64,000 nucleotides of DNA from an uncultured Gammaproteobacteria bacterium (lineage in GTDB: Bacteria; Pseudomonadota; Gammaproteobacteria; JACCXJ01). The translations under genes were made by a program, and so were the position numbers. The notes beneath the pieces are model-generated. The model saw nothing but the letters and a program-made list of their open reading frames with translations, did not search any database and was not told the origin of the DNA. The DNA is taken from positions 96,001 through 160,000 of the forward strand of contig CAVXTM010000009.1 in NCBI GenBank assembly GCA_963764725.1. Reading direction: 5' to 3'. The first letter of the stretch is position 1; each line of letters begins with the position of its first letter. Of the stretch, positions 18,718 to 28,592 are shown piece by piece.

Positions 18718-21603
18718 TTAAAACGCTTCGTCCCGTTCGGCGCCGGGGCGCGGTTTCCATTGCAGCGAGTAATACCTTCCCCGGTCGCGAGCCCAAGGAT
18801 CGAAGGCATTCACGACCGAGTCCAGCTCGGCGGCCAATTCCGGTACGGTTCGTAACAGCACGCGCTTGAGCGGAGAGACTTCCTGCGCGTGGCCGTTCGG
18901 GAGCCCTTTTTCCATCACCTTCCCATTCGGACCGTTGTCGTTGATCCAAGCGATCCCCAGCGTGGAATAGAACTCCGGCCGGAAGCTCGAGGTAAAGAAG
19001 CGATCGCTGAATAGACGGCGCGACGCATTGAGGATAAAGACCTGAAACTGCGTTTCGGATATCGCAAAGCCGTGGGGACGCGTGCGCTCGGCCAGCCATC
19101 CGACGACGGTGTCGAGATCCTCGATATTATCCACCAGCGAGCCGTCCGGGTGTCCTAGGCAATCGTTGAACGGAGAGCCGTCGGCGTTGAGCTGCGCATC
19201 CGTGATCACTTTCGAAGCGTCGCATCGATGCTGCCCATACACTTCCCTCAATGCCTTCACGAGATCCTCTTGTTCAACCCGCTCGGGCAAATCCGCGGAA
19301 AGGTTTTGACCTACAAAGTCATCGAAGCCCGTTAGGGTCTTGAGACCGTACTGGCGGCGGAATTCGTTAAATCGCGGTACTCCGCGTTCGCGATCCCGGA
19401 TCAAGTCCAAGGCGGCTACATCGATCTTGCCGGTCGCGGTATGGAGCCGCGGCATCGGCAGGTTCTGCAGAAACCGCGCGTGATTTTGCAACCACAATAG
19501 CCCTAAGCGTTGCCGTCCCATGCTGATCGCCCAATTGGCGAGCCCGCGGCTCCTCATCTCGTGCGTCGCCTTCCCGCGGAAGGTATTTATCACGGGAACC
19601 TTGTGCCGGATGGTGTTCGGATCCCTGTCCCATTCCCGATACTCGACCAGATCCGGAACCATGGGATGTAAGCGATAGACGGTGGTGAATTCTTCCGGAA
19701 AGTTGAACGGCGATCCGAAGTGATTGATGCCTCCGTTCACATGCTCCGGATTGCGCAAATCCCAGACATCCCGTTTGGAAACCTTGGATTCATAGATTCG
19801 ATTCCCGAGCCCGACTATTCCCGGTCCGGAGGCAAACACGGAGTACCAGCCGGCTTTGCCTGAGTCGCTCGTTCGCGCGAGCTTGCCGAGGACCCGTCTC
19901 AAGGCGTCCGCGACGAGCTCGTGATCACTGAACAAACCAAACCAATTCGAGTTCATGCCGAGATAAAGTGGTTCGTCATAAAGCAATTGCGTGGTCCATT
20001 CGACGGTATGGATCTTGGCGATCTCCGCGGCAACGACGAGCCGGGCAATCTCGAACAGCTCGTTTGCACTCACGTCTTTATATTGAATTATCGCATCCGG
20101 TTTGTCGGGGTTTCTGAGCCCCGAATCGGCACCCGGCGTTTCCGCCGCCCGGTTTCTGAATTCATCGACGAAGGCGTTATGCTCGCGTGCGAACACATTA
20201 TGGTAAAAGCTCAGGCCGATGTTCCAGTTGTCGGGGAAGCCGGTCGCTTCTTGGCCGCTCCACGCGGGGTTGATCGGATCAGCCGCACAGCCATCTGTGT
20301 CTGAGATTATTTTGGGGCAGATTATGAATGAGGGAAGATAGCCCAATCGTTCCGCCGGTCTGTTCCCAAACCGCAGAAGTAACAATTTGGCTTTATCGGC
20401 GGGGTCGCGCTTTACCCGCTGCAGCGATACTTCATCGTAGCCATAGAGTTGCGAGCCATCCCACCATGCCGTCACGGTGTTCGCGGCGGTCTTGTGAGCT
20501 CTGGCCAGATACTCCTTGTCTTGATAAATGAATCGGCGTGGTTCATCGGTTTTCGCATAATAGGCCTGATCGATTTTATCCCCGGGGCGGCATTCGAGAT
20601 CTCGAATGGCCTCGGGCGAGAGTGGCTTTTCCTCATTGTTTACGCGTTGCGTTGTGCACCCCATGCCGATCATGGCCGCGTCGTTATGCCCCTCGCTGAG
20701 GTGCGAAAACCAGTCATGGGTCATGAACTGGATCCAAAAAGCCGCGAGCACATTGAAGAAAGGCGCCGGTTTGTAATCGCATTGCGCGTCCTTGGAATCA
20801 CCCGGCAGCCCGAATCCTTCATTGCATTTTGCAGGGTTGGATTGCTTGCGGGAAAATAGCTTTCTGCTGATGACCTGAGGGTCCGGTTTCAATAAGCTTA
20901 GGCGATCGCCGTGGCGGTTCCGAACCAGCTCCGTTTTGCCTAGGTCCGGGAAAGTGGATTCGAACGGCACATTGCGCGCAAACGGCTGATTCGTCGATCC
21001 CATGAGCGGATTGCGAAGGTCATTGCAGATCCCGGTCAGCGTTCGGTAGCGGATGAGCTCACCCTGACAAAGTTGCTCACCGTCCCCGCCCACGTCCCGA
21101 TAATTGGGATGATCGCTTGGCAGGCGCATCTCTTCCCAGATCTTAAGCACCCGTCCGTCGAAACCGTCGCGCCCTTTGACGTAATCTTCATAGGTCTGGT
21201 TGTCAAAGAGATTGAACTTGATGAGCTCCACGCGTTGATACTCTAAATCGATCAACGCCCCATCGACGCCTCTTCCGTTCGCTTGCAAGTGCTGGCCGAC
21301 TCCTGTGACGGCATCTCTTCCTGGTGCCTTGGTGGCCTCATCGCCCGTGGCCCAGTAAGTTTGCCAATCCACCCAAGGCGTCGCCCTGTGCGCGAGGGTT
21401 TTTTCGCCGCCTCTGCAGTTGCCGGTCTCCTTTGCCACCTTTCCGAGAAACCGCAGCATGCGGTCTTCCGCGATTGGGCGAAATCCGTCCGCCGCGACTC
21501 TTGCGCAATCCCGAAGCGCTTCCAATCGCTGCGCTAAGGAATCCGCCGCTGCGCCGTCCCATCTGGTAAGCGCGAGCACCGCGACGAGCAAACGCGACCT
21601 CAT
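18718..21603 (-). CDS. Secreted heme peroxidase of the peroxidase-cyclooxygenase superfamily, alpha-dioxygenase-like
   Basis: Signal-like N-terminus MRSRLLVAVLAL..AAA. Motifs YRTLTGICND, WIQFMTHDW, IAKIHTVEWT, EEFTTVYRLH, DRERGVPRFNEFRR and ASRRLFSDRF. Confidence 0.85.
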   Translation of the reverse strand: MRSRLLVAVLALTRWDGAAADSLAQRLEALRDCARVAADGFRPIAEDRMLRFLGKVAKETGNCRGGEKTLAHRATPWVDWQTYWATGDEATKAPGRDAVTGVGQHLQANGRGVDGALIDLEYQRVELIKFNLFDNQTYEDYVKGRDGFDGRVLKIWEEMRLPSDHPNYRDVGGDGEQLCQGELIRYRTLTGICNDLRNPLMGSTNQPFARNVPFESTFPDLGKTELVRNRHGDRLSLLKPDPQVISRKLFSRKQSNPAKCNEGFGLPGDSKDAQCDYKPAPFFNVLAAFWIQFMTHDWFSHLSEGHNDAAMIGMGCTTQRVNNEEKPLSPEAIRDLECRPGDKIDQAYYAKTDEPRRFIYQDKEYLARAHKTAANTVTAWWDGSQLYGYDEVSLQRVKRDPADKAKLLLLRFGNRPAERLGYLPSFIICPKIISDTDGCAADPINPAWSGQEATGFPDNWNIGLSFYHNVFAREHNAFVDEFRNRAAETPGADSGLRNPDKPDAIIQYKDVSANELFEIARLVVAAEIAKIHTVEWTTQLLYDEPLYLGMNSNWFGLFSDHELVADALRRVLGKLARTSDSGKAGWYSVFASGPGIVGLGNRIYESKVSKRDVWDLRNPEHVNGGINHFGSPFNFPEEFTTVYRLHPMVPDLVEYREWDRDPNTIRHKVPVINTFRGKATHEMRSRGLANWAISMGRQRLGLLWLQNHARFLQNLPMPRLHTATGKIDVAALDLIRDRERGVPRFNEFRRQYGLKTLTGFDDFVGQNLSADLPERVEQEDLVKALREVYGQHRCDASKVITDAQLNADGSPFNDCLGHPDGSLVDNIEDLDTVVGWLAERTRPHGFAISETQFQVFILNASRRLFSDRFFTSSFRPEFYSTLGIAWINDNGPNGKVMEKGLPNGHAQEVSPLKRVLLRTVPELAAELDSVVNAFDPWARDRGRYYSLQWKPRPGAERDEAF

Positions 21604-21726
21604 TGTTCGCGCGCATCCCACGCGACGCCGAGTCGCGCCAGCGATTCCGATACAGGCCATACCGGGCCCGTCCGTGTACAAGCGGAGCGTAGGCACACGC
21701 CTGGCCTGTTGAAACGCCTGAGTCGC

Positions 21727-22398
21727 CTAAAACAGGGCCCCAGCCGCGCCACGAAAATCGGTTGGAGCCGGTTGGCCTCTCTTCCGTGCCTTTTCTCGTG
21801 CTATCTCGTGATTCATGTCGGCAGGGATGAACTGGACCTTCTTGCCCAATCGCTTTGCTGCAACCAGCTCATCTCTGGACACCTCCCCTCCGCCGATTGC
21901 AACTATTACGTCACTGTTTTCGACCATGGCTGTCGAGGTCGGGGACAGTCGCTCGGTGCCCGGCGTGAACCCGCCCCAGGTCGCATCTCTTACGTAGAAG
22001 ACAACGTTGACGCAGGGGGATAGCTTGACGTTGTTTTCCTTCACTTGGGTCGAGACGATACCCGTGGTCAGAAATCCCTTTCGCTTTGCTGTCTCGTACA
22101 CGGTGCCCATACCCTCGGGAGTGGCTCCAATGTTCACGATCGTGGCTCTCGGGTCAAACTCGTCGAGGATTCGGATCGCTTGCTCGAGCATCGCTGTCTT
22201 GTTCTCATACTCGGCGGCTGAGTAGCCCAAGAAGGTCAGAACTTTCATTTCCTTGCCCTTGAAGAAGGAGCGGATCTCTTCAGGGGTTGCCTCTCTAATA
22301 GTCGACGGCTGGTCGCAGCTCTGCGCAATGCGTGCGAACAGCAACGCAAGCAAGGCCACATAAAAAGCGATATGCCACCTCAACTTTGCATGCTCCAT
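21727..22398 (-). CDS. Exported SLOG/LOG-like Rossmann-fold protein
   Basis: N-terminal hydrophobic signal, then TFLGYS, GATPEGM, TTGIVS and MVENSDVIVAIGGGEVSRDEL. Confidence 0.6.
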   Translation of the reverse strand: MEHAKLRWHIAFYVALLALLFARIAQSCDQPSTIREATPEEIRSFFKGKEMKVLTFLGYSAAEYENKTAMLEQAIRILDEFDPRATIVNIGATPEGMGTVYETAKRKGFLTTGIVSTQVKENNVKLSPCVNVVFYVRDATWGGFTPGTERLSPTSTAMVENSDVIVAIGGGEVSRDELVAAKRLGKKVQFIPADMNHEIAREKARKRGQPAPTDFRGAAGALF

Positions 22399-22730
22399 GA
22401 TCGTGATTCCTTCTTTCCGCTAAAAGCCGTGGCCCCGGCGCTGCACGCCGACCAATGACTCACGCTGAGGGGGCGCCACGCTTTTTGCGGTATCTCTCAA
22501 TAGCAGACCCCGCGCGCCCGTCCGCTGATCGGGATTGCCTGGTTCCGGCTTGAACCCCTCGAAGTGCCGGGGAATGTCCTTAGCCGGGCGATAGGATCGC
22601 CTTGTTCGCACAATCTGAATCGCTTTTCACAATTGAGCATCGTGGAACCTCATTGAATAAAATGGATATAACTTGCTATCGTTGCGATTGTAAGAATTGA
22701 TATAATTTCAATATAACTGTATGATTATAT

Positions 22731-22807
22731 TGGCGCCCTGGGCCGGACTCGAACCGGCGACCTCCCGCTTAGGAGGCGGACGCTCTATCCACCTGAGCTA
22801 CCAGGGC
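22731..22807 (-). tRNA. tRNA-Arg (anticodon CCT)
   Basis: GCCCTGG acceptor stem, TAGCTCAG-GTGGATAGAGC D-arm, CT-CCT-AA loop, GGTTCGAGTCC T-arm and encoded CCA. 77 nt. Confidence 0.97.
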
Positions 22808-22982
22808 GAGACAAACCCATCTTACTACAAAGACTGGGCGGAAAGGTTTTCAGAGAGGCGGCAGAAATCGTACGGGACACCTCCCTAGCATTAGCGCGGA
22901 AATTTGCCTTCACTCGTTTTTACTCTTGACAGCATCCCAGTTTACCGGTGTACTAGTAAGGACTCCTAATAAAATAATATCA

Positions 22983-23648
22983 ATGGCGGCAACGATTTTC
23001 GATGGGATCAGCGACCCGATGCCCCAGCGTTTGATATCGGGCTTAGCGAAGATCGGGCTTGCTCTCAAAAGCCATGCGTGGAAGGACGCCGGGAGCCAAG
23101 GTCTGACGCCGACGCAGGGGGCGATCCTTGCGCTTCTGTACGCGAAGGGGAGGGGTGAGTGGAGACTGTTTTCTATTTCTAGAGCACTGGCGGTAAGCGC
23201 CCCGACGGCAAGCGAGGCGGTGACCGCGTTAGTCCGCAAGGGACTGGTTAGCAAAGGGCGAGCGGCGACTGACCAGCGGGCGCTGCTTGTTCAGTTAACG
23301 CCCAGGGGACGCGCTGAGGCGGAACGCACGGCCCATTGGCCAGATTTTTTGATCAGTGCTGTCGATGAACTGTCGCCGGTGGAACAAGAGGTATTTTGTC
23401 GCGGGCTGATCAAGATGATCCACGCCTTGCAGGAGCGGGGCGAGGTCCCAATTTCGCGCATGTGTGTGACGTGCCGGCATTTCCGCCCAAGTGTGTACGA
23501 CGATCCGGATACTCCGCATCATTGCGCCTTTGTAAACGCGGGGTTTGGCGAGCGCCACTTGCGGTTCGATTGCCCCGAACACGACACGGCCCCCTTGGAA
23601 CTGCGGCAAGAGAATTGGAACCGGTTTATTGATACCCATGGCGTTTAG
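22983..23648 (+). CDS. MarR family regulator with C-terminal Cys/His metal-binding motif
   Basis: LTPTQGAIL..SEAVTALVRKGLV..DQR wHTH, then MCVTC..HHC..FDCPEH. Confidence 0.85.
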   Translation: MAATIFDGISDPMPQRLISGLAKIGLALKSHAWKDAGSQGLTPTQGAILALLYAKGRGEWRLFSISRALAVSAPTASEAVTALVRKGLVSKGRAATDQRALLVQLTPRGRAEAERTAHWPDFLISAVDELSPVEQEVFCRGLIKMIHALQERGEVPISRMCVTCRHFRPSVYDDPDTPHHCAFVNAGFGERHLRFDCPEHDTAPLELRQENWNRFIDTHGV

Positions 23649-23879
23649 CAGGGAGATCACACAATCCGGCCGCAACACCCCGGGTGCTTGCGCGGTGCGC
23701 GAATGTTTCCTAGGCTTACGACGCCGATTCGTTTCGCCGAAGCAGGAGGGAGCGTACTCAGATCACGCATTGCGATTCATCGTTTCGGCTGATCGTGATC
23801 GTAGCTTTGCCGGTCCAAAGTGGTTACCTACATAGCTTCAAGCAGCGATTCCAGCCAATTGAGTAGATGCCAGAATCGG

Positions 23880-24725
23880 GTGAAACTGAACGTCGATCAA
23901 TTCAGGGCTTGGGAGAACAAGAGCGTTACGCTTCTCGGCATGTCTGGTGTCGGCAAGACGCATCTCGCGAATATTCTCAGAAGCAGTCATTGGTTTCACT
24001 ATTCCGGTGATTATCGCATCGGTACCCGGTATTTGGGCGAAGCGATCCTCGACAATATCAAGCAGCAAGCCATGCAGATTCCGTTTTTGCGGGAGCTGTT
24101 TCGCGCTGACTCTATCTACATCTGCAATAACATTACGGTGGAAAATCTAAAACCCGTCTCCACCTTCCTTGGGAAGCTCGGGAATCCCGAGGCAGGTGGC
24201 TTGGGGCTCACCGAGTTTAAGCGCCGTCAGGCTCTCCACCACGAAGCGGAAATTGCGGCAATGAAGGATGTGCCCGTATTCATTCGCAAGGCGAAGGAGA
24301 TTTACGGCTACCGGCATTTCGTCAACGATGCGGGCGGCAGCGTATGTGAGCTCGATGATCACGGCGTGCTGGACACCCTCGCCAAGCATACGGTGGTGCT
24401 GTATATCGAAGCAACCGAAGTTGACGAGCAGGCATTGATCCGGCGCGCTGATGAAAATCCAAAACCACTGTATTACCGGGGTGTTTTTTTGGATGAGCAG
24501 CTCGCTGTGTTCAAGCGGGAACGCAAACTCGCTTACGTCGCGCTCATCAATCCGGATGAATTCGTGCGCTGGATTTTCCCCAGGTTATTCTACGCGCGCA
24601 TCCCTCGGTATCAGGCGATCGCCAAAAGGTACGGTTACACCGTCACAACGGCGGAGATTGCCCAGATCCAAAGCGAGGCCGATTTTCTCCACCTCGTCGA
24701 GACCGTGATCGCCCGCGAGTCCTAA
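23880..24725 (+). CDS. P-loop ATPase co-encoded with metA
   Basis: LLGMSGVGKT Walker A, YSGDYRIGTRY and DAGGS motifs. Confidence 0.8.
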   Translation: MKLNVDQFRAWENKSVTLLGMSGVGKTHLANILRSSHWFHYSGDYRIGTRYLGEAILDNIKQQAMQIPFLRELFRADSIYICNNITVENLKPVSTFLGKLGNPEAGGLGLTEFKRRQALHHEAEIAAMKDVPVFIRKAKEIYGYRHFVNDAGGSVCELDDHGVLDTLAKHTVVLYIEATEVDEQALIRRADENPKPLYYRGVFLDEQLAVFKRERKLAYVALINPDEFVRWIFPRLFYARIPRYQAIAKRYGYTVTTAEIAQIQSEADFLHLVETVIARES

Positions 24726-24748
24726 GAGGTTCGGAGGGAAGACCGGTC

Positions 24749-25882
24749 ATGCCCCTCGTTGCAAATTCGGACCTACCGGCGTTCGCGGATCTGCGGCAGG
24801 AGGGCGAGACGGTGATCTCGAACGACATCGCCCTGCATCAAGACATCCGCGAGCTGCACATCGGGCTGCTCAATATGATGCCGGACAAAGCGCTAGAAGC
24901 TACCGAGCGGCAGTTTTTGCGGCTGGTCGGGGAAAGCAACCAGATCGCACAGTTTTACGTTCATCCGTTTACGATCGAGGAGCTAACACGCGGGCCCAAT
25001 GCCCGTGCTCACATTGCGCGGTATTACGAGACCTTTGATGATATCAAGGAAGCCGGGCTCGATGCGCTCATCATCACCGGCGCTAACGTGACGCAACCGG
25101 ATCTCGCGTTCGAACCTTTTTGGCAGCCCTTGATCGCGATCATCGATTGGGCATATGAAAACGTGACCTCAACCCTTTGTTCCTGCCTTGCCACCCATGC
25201 CGTGCTGCAGTTCCGTCACGGCAAGAAGCGCCGGCGTTTGAAATGCAAGCGCTGGGGGGTGTATTCCCATTACATCACGGACGGCCGGCATCCGCTCATT
25301 TCTGGCGTCAATACGCGCTTCGACGTGCCGCACTCGCGCTTCAACGAGATCGGTCGTGACCAGTTTGAATCCGCAGGGCTTTTGGCGCTCGTCGAAAGCG
25401 ATGAGGCGGGCGTGCATATCGCAGTGAGTGAGGACGGTTTCCGTATCGTGTTCTTTCAGGGCCATCCCGAATACGACACCGTCAGCTTGTTGAAAGAATA
25501 CAAGCGCGAAGTGCTGCGTTTCGCGAATGCTGATGTCGATGAATACCCGCCCTTCCCGGTGAACTATCTCACACCTTTGACCCAGGCGATCCTTGAGGAA
25601 TACGGCGAAGAGGTCAAAACGGCGCGGGCGCGAGTTGCTCCGATTCCCCCAATGCCGGAACACATTATCGTTCCTAATATCGACAATACCTGGCACGACA
25701 CGGCGGAGGCCGTCATAAATAACTGGATCGGCAAGGTTTACCAAACGACCAGCCTCAATCGGCGCAAACCGTTCATGGAAGGCATCGATCCCAGCGATCC
25801 GCTCGGGGTACGCGCATCGATCGAAGCCGTACCATCGAAATTTCACCAAGAGGCGGGCGCTGCGTTTGCCCCGCGAGAGTAA
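24749..25882 (+). CDS. metA: Homoserine O-succinyl/acetyltransferase
   Basis: QDIRELHIGLLNMMP, ATERQF, LIITGA, catalytic Cys in CSCLA, PHSR and GHPEY. Confidence 0.93.
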   Translation: MPLVANSDLPAFADLRQEGETVISNDIALHQDIRELHIGLLNMMPDKALEATERQFLRLVGESNQIAQFYVHPFTIEELTRGPNARAHIARYYETFDDIKEAGLDALIITGANVTQPDLAFEPFWQPLIAIIDWAYENVTSTLCSCLATHAVLQFRHGKKRRRLKCKRWGVYSHYITDGRHPLISGVNTRFDVPHSRFNEIGRDQFESAGLLALVESDEAGVHIAVSEDGFRIVFFQGHPEYDTVSLLKEYKREVLRFANADVDEYPPFPVNYLTPLTQAILEEYGEEVKTARARVAPIPPMPEHIIVPNIDNTWHDTAEAVINNWIGKVYQTTSLNRRKPFMEGIDPSDPLGVRASIEAVPSKFHQEAGAAFAPRE

Positions 25883-25909
25883 GGTGTAGACAAGACGTTC
25901 TCCCCCAGT

Positions 25910-25936
25910 TCAAGTAATACGCTTAGCATCCGATAC
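25910..25936 (+). promoter_or_regulatory. Putative sigma28 (FliA) promoter
   Basis: TCAA-N15-TCCGATAC (consensus TAAA-N15-GCCGATAA), 75 bp upstream of the HD-GYP gene. Confidence 0.55.
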
Positions 25937-26011
25937 AAAGAGGTCAAGCTTTACATTTCACTTCGTTGGGATTTTAACGCTTATCTCGTCACGCGCTGGG
26001 ACTGTGTCGCG

Positions 26012-27385
26012 ATGGAATCAAAAATCAGCACTCAAAACCTGCAGCTCAACATGTTCGTCTCCCGGCTTGACCGTCCCTGGCTGGGAACGCCTTTCCCGAT
26101 CGAAGGTGTGTGGCTTCAAGATCAGGCGACAATAAGTTTTCTGCAAGAACACTGTCAGTACGTATTCATCAGGACGGATAGGGTGCGCGAAGCGATCGCA
26201 AAGGATCCCGAGGGAGCTAGGGTCAGACGCGAACAGAATGCTGTGCTCGATCGGCTGCTATCGCCTAGCGGGTCGCCGATAGCTTCCTCTATATCTACAT
26301 CGGTGCCTGCGCCGGTCCGTATTCCACCACCAGGAGGGACCTTCGGTAGCGCAGTGGAATTTCGGCCCGCGAAACCCACGTTTTATGAAGACCGGACGAC
26401 GCTCGAAGAAGAATATAGCGGCGCACAAGGTGTGCGGCGCGAACTACGTGAATCGTTAAGCGAGCTCCTGGAGGACGTAAAATACGGAAAGGCGATCCAC
26501 ATCGTTGCCGTGAAAGCGGCGGTGCGCGGAATGATGGAAAGTATCCTGCGAAACCCGGACGGCGCGATGTGGCTTCGGCTCATGAAAGACAAGAATAGCT
26601 ATACCCATTATCACCACATTGACACCAGCGCGCTAGCTGTAGCCATGGGACGCCACTTGGGATTCTCGTCGGGTGAGATCTCCAACCTGGGCCTCGGTGC
26701 ATTGCTGAGCAACATAGGCACCGCAAATCTCCCATCGGATCTACTAATAAGCTCGAATCAGCTTTCGGAGGAGGAGATTAGCCTGGTCAGGCGCCATGTG
26801 GAATCGGCCGTAACGCTTTTAACCAAAACTCCTGGCATCGCCAAGCAGGTTATCGACATCATTGCCTGCCGCCACGAGTGGTTTGGTGGTGGTGGTTATC
26901 CAAACAGGTTAGAGGGGCGGGCAATCCCGGTGTTTGCCCGAATGGTGGCAATCGCCGAGTGGTTTGATGCATGCACGAGCGACCGGTTACATACGCCCGC
27001 GATTTCCCCGCACGCAGCGCTCCAACAGCTTTACCGACAGCGCAATACGCGCTTTCAACCCGAACTTGTAGAGCAGTTTATTCAAACGCTCGGGGTTTAC
27101 CCGACCGGGACCCTCGTCGAGCTCACCACGGGCGAGGTCGGGGTCGTGATCAGCCAAAATCGCGTACGCCAGCTTCGGCCCCGGATCATGCTCATGCTGG
27201 GATCGGACAAGTCACATTACAAATCGTACCCGATTGTCAACCTTTTCAAACAGGCGACGGATCAATCGGGGAATCCCTTGTCGATCGTGCGTGCGGTAGA
27301 CCCCGTTCAGTACGGCATCGAAACGCAGCAATTCTTCCTCTCGTCCGTCTGTTCAAAGTTATTGGGTCATCCCCGAGGTAAGTGA
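26012..27385 (+). CDS. DUF3391 + HD-GYP domain protein (degenerate HD)
   Basis: LDRPWLGTPF N-terminal domain, GGGGYP, and GVYPTGTLVEL. The HD dyad is replaced by SN (LLSNIG). Confidence 0.85.
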   Translation: MESKISTQNLQLNMFVSRLDRPWLGTPFPIEGVWLQDQATISFLQEHCQYVFIRTDRVREAIAKDPEGARVRREQNAVLDRLLSPSGSPIASSISTSVPAPVRIPPPGGTFGSAVEFRPAKPTFYEDRTTLEEEYSGAQGVRRELRESLSELLEDVKYGKAIHIVAVKAAVRGMMESILRNPDGAMWLRLMKDKNSYTHYHHIDTSALAVAMGRHLGFSSGEISNLGLGALLSNIGTANLPSDLLISSNQLSEEEISLVRRHVESAVTLLTKTPGIAKQVIDIIACRHEWFGGGGYPNRLEGRAIPVFARMVAIAEWFDACTSDRLHTPAISPHAALQQLYRQRNTRFQPELVEQFIQTLGVYPTGTLVELTTGEVGVVISQNRVRQLRPRIMLMLGSDKSHYKSYPIVNLFKQATDQSGNPLSIVRAVDPVQYGIETQQFFLSSVCSKLLGHPRGK

Positions 27386-27430
27386 CCGAAGCGCTGAACC
27401 CTATAGCCGCGCGCAGGTTCCCAAGACCGT

Positions 27431-28072
27431 TTATCGCACGCCGCAAACCACGATCGTCTTCCCTTTTACCCGAATCAGATCCTGTTGCGTGAAGATCTTT
27501 AATATCCGTCCGACAACCTCCCGTGAACAGCCGACGATACGGCCGAGTTCTCGACGCGTAACGCTGATCTGCATCCCATCGGGATGCGTCATCGCATCGG
27601 GTTCCTTGCAAAGATCTAACAGGGTCCTAGCGATGCGGCCAGAAACATCCAGAAAAGCCAGATCTCGTACCTTGCGGTTAGTTTTCAAGAGCCGCGTGGC
27701 TATTTGCGTCGCCAGCAAGTGTACGATGTGAGGGTAGATCGCTGGAAGATTACGCAGGCGGTCATAGCTGATATGCGCCACTTCGCACTTTGTTTTTGCC
27801 CGAACAAACGCGGTCCGCTTTATGTTCTCGACGAAAAGCCCGGTTTCCCCAAAGAACTGGCCGGAATTCAGGTAAGCAAGAACGATTTCGTGCCCACTAT
27901 CATCCTCCAGTATCACGGTTACAGACCCCTTGATAACGTACAGTAGTTCGTCGGCCGGATCCCCGCGTGTTATGATGAGCGCTTTGGCGGAATACTGCGC
28001 GCGACGGCAGTGGCCTAGAAACTCTTCTAGCAGTGGATCACTAGTACGCTTAATGGGACCGAGGATCGACAA
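27431..28072 (-). CDS. crp: cAMP receptor protein (CRP/Vfr)
   Basis: GQFFGETGLF..RTAFVRA, LAFLDVSGRIA, THPDGMQI and IVGCSRE. Confidence 0.95.
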   Translation of the reverse strand: MSILGPIKRTSDPLLEEFLGHCRRAQYSAKALIITRGDPADELLYVIKGSVTVILEDDSGHEIVLAYLNSGQFFGETGLFVENIKRTAFVRAKTKCEVAHISYDRLRNLPAIYPHIVHLLATQIATRLLKTNRKVRDLAFLDVSGRIARTLLDLCKEPDAMTHPDGMQISVTRRELGRIVGCSREVVGRILKIFTQQDLIRVKGKTIVVCGVR

Positions 28073-28172
28073 GGGTTACCTCACGGTATACGATACGCTC
28101 GAAGATTGTTTAGCAAGGGGGCGTGTAAGGGTGTAACCGCGTAAAACGGTTTTAGGCAGAGTTATAAGCACC

Positions 28173-28592
28173 ATGCGTGCGGTTATCAGATGGACGGAAG
28201 ATGCCTTGTTCGTGGCCGAATCGGGCAGCGGCCACACCGTCGTAATGGACGGCCCGCCAGAGTTCGGCGGCCGAAATGTCGGCATTCGGCCAATGGAGAT
28301 GCTGTTACTGGGCATGGGAGGCTGCACGGCCTACGATGTGGTGTCAATACTACGGAAGGCTCGGCAAGACGTTAGGTATTGTAGAGTTGAGATCGAAGCC
28401 AAGCGCGCAGATAGCCCACCACAAGTATTTACTTCGATCCACGTGCATTTCCTCGTGCGTGGAAAACGATTATCGCCACAGCAAGTTGAGCGAGCTATTC
28501 GGCTGTCAGCGGAGAGGTACTGCTCGGCCTCGATAATGCTCGGAAAGACAGCTGATATTACCCACGAATTTGACATTGTCGAAGCCGACTAA
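28173..28592 (+). CDS. yhfA: OsmC family protein YhfA
   Basis: RPMEMLLLGMGGCT..LSAERYCSAS, divergent from crp as is typical. Confidence 0.88.
   Translation: MRAVIRWTEDALFVAESGSGHTVVMDGPPEFGGRNVGIRPMEMLLLGMGGCTAYDVVSILRKARQDVRYCRVEIEAKRADSPPQVFTSIHVHFLVRGKRLSPQQVERAIRLSAERYCSASIMLGKTADITHEFDIVEAD

Noticed and set aside
22731-22760. att direct repeat of the tRNA 3' end
   Set aside because: No second copy found by eye in the window and no integrase seen.
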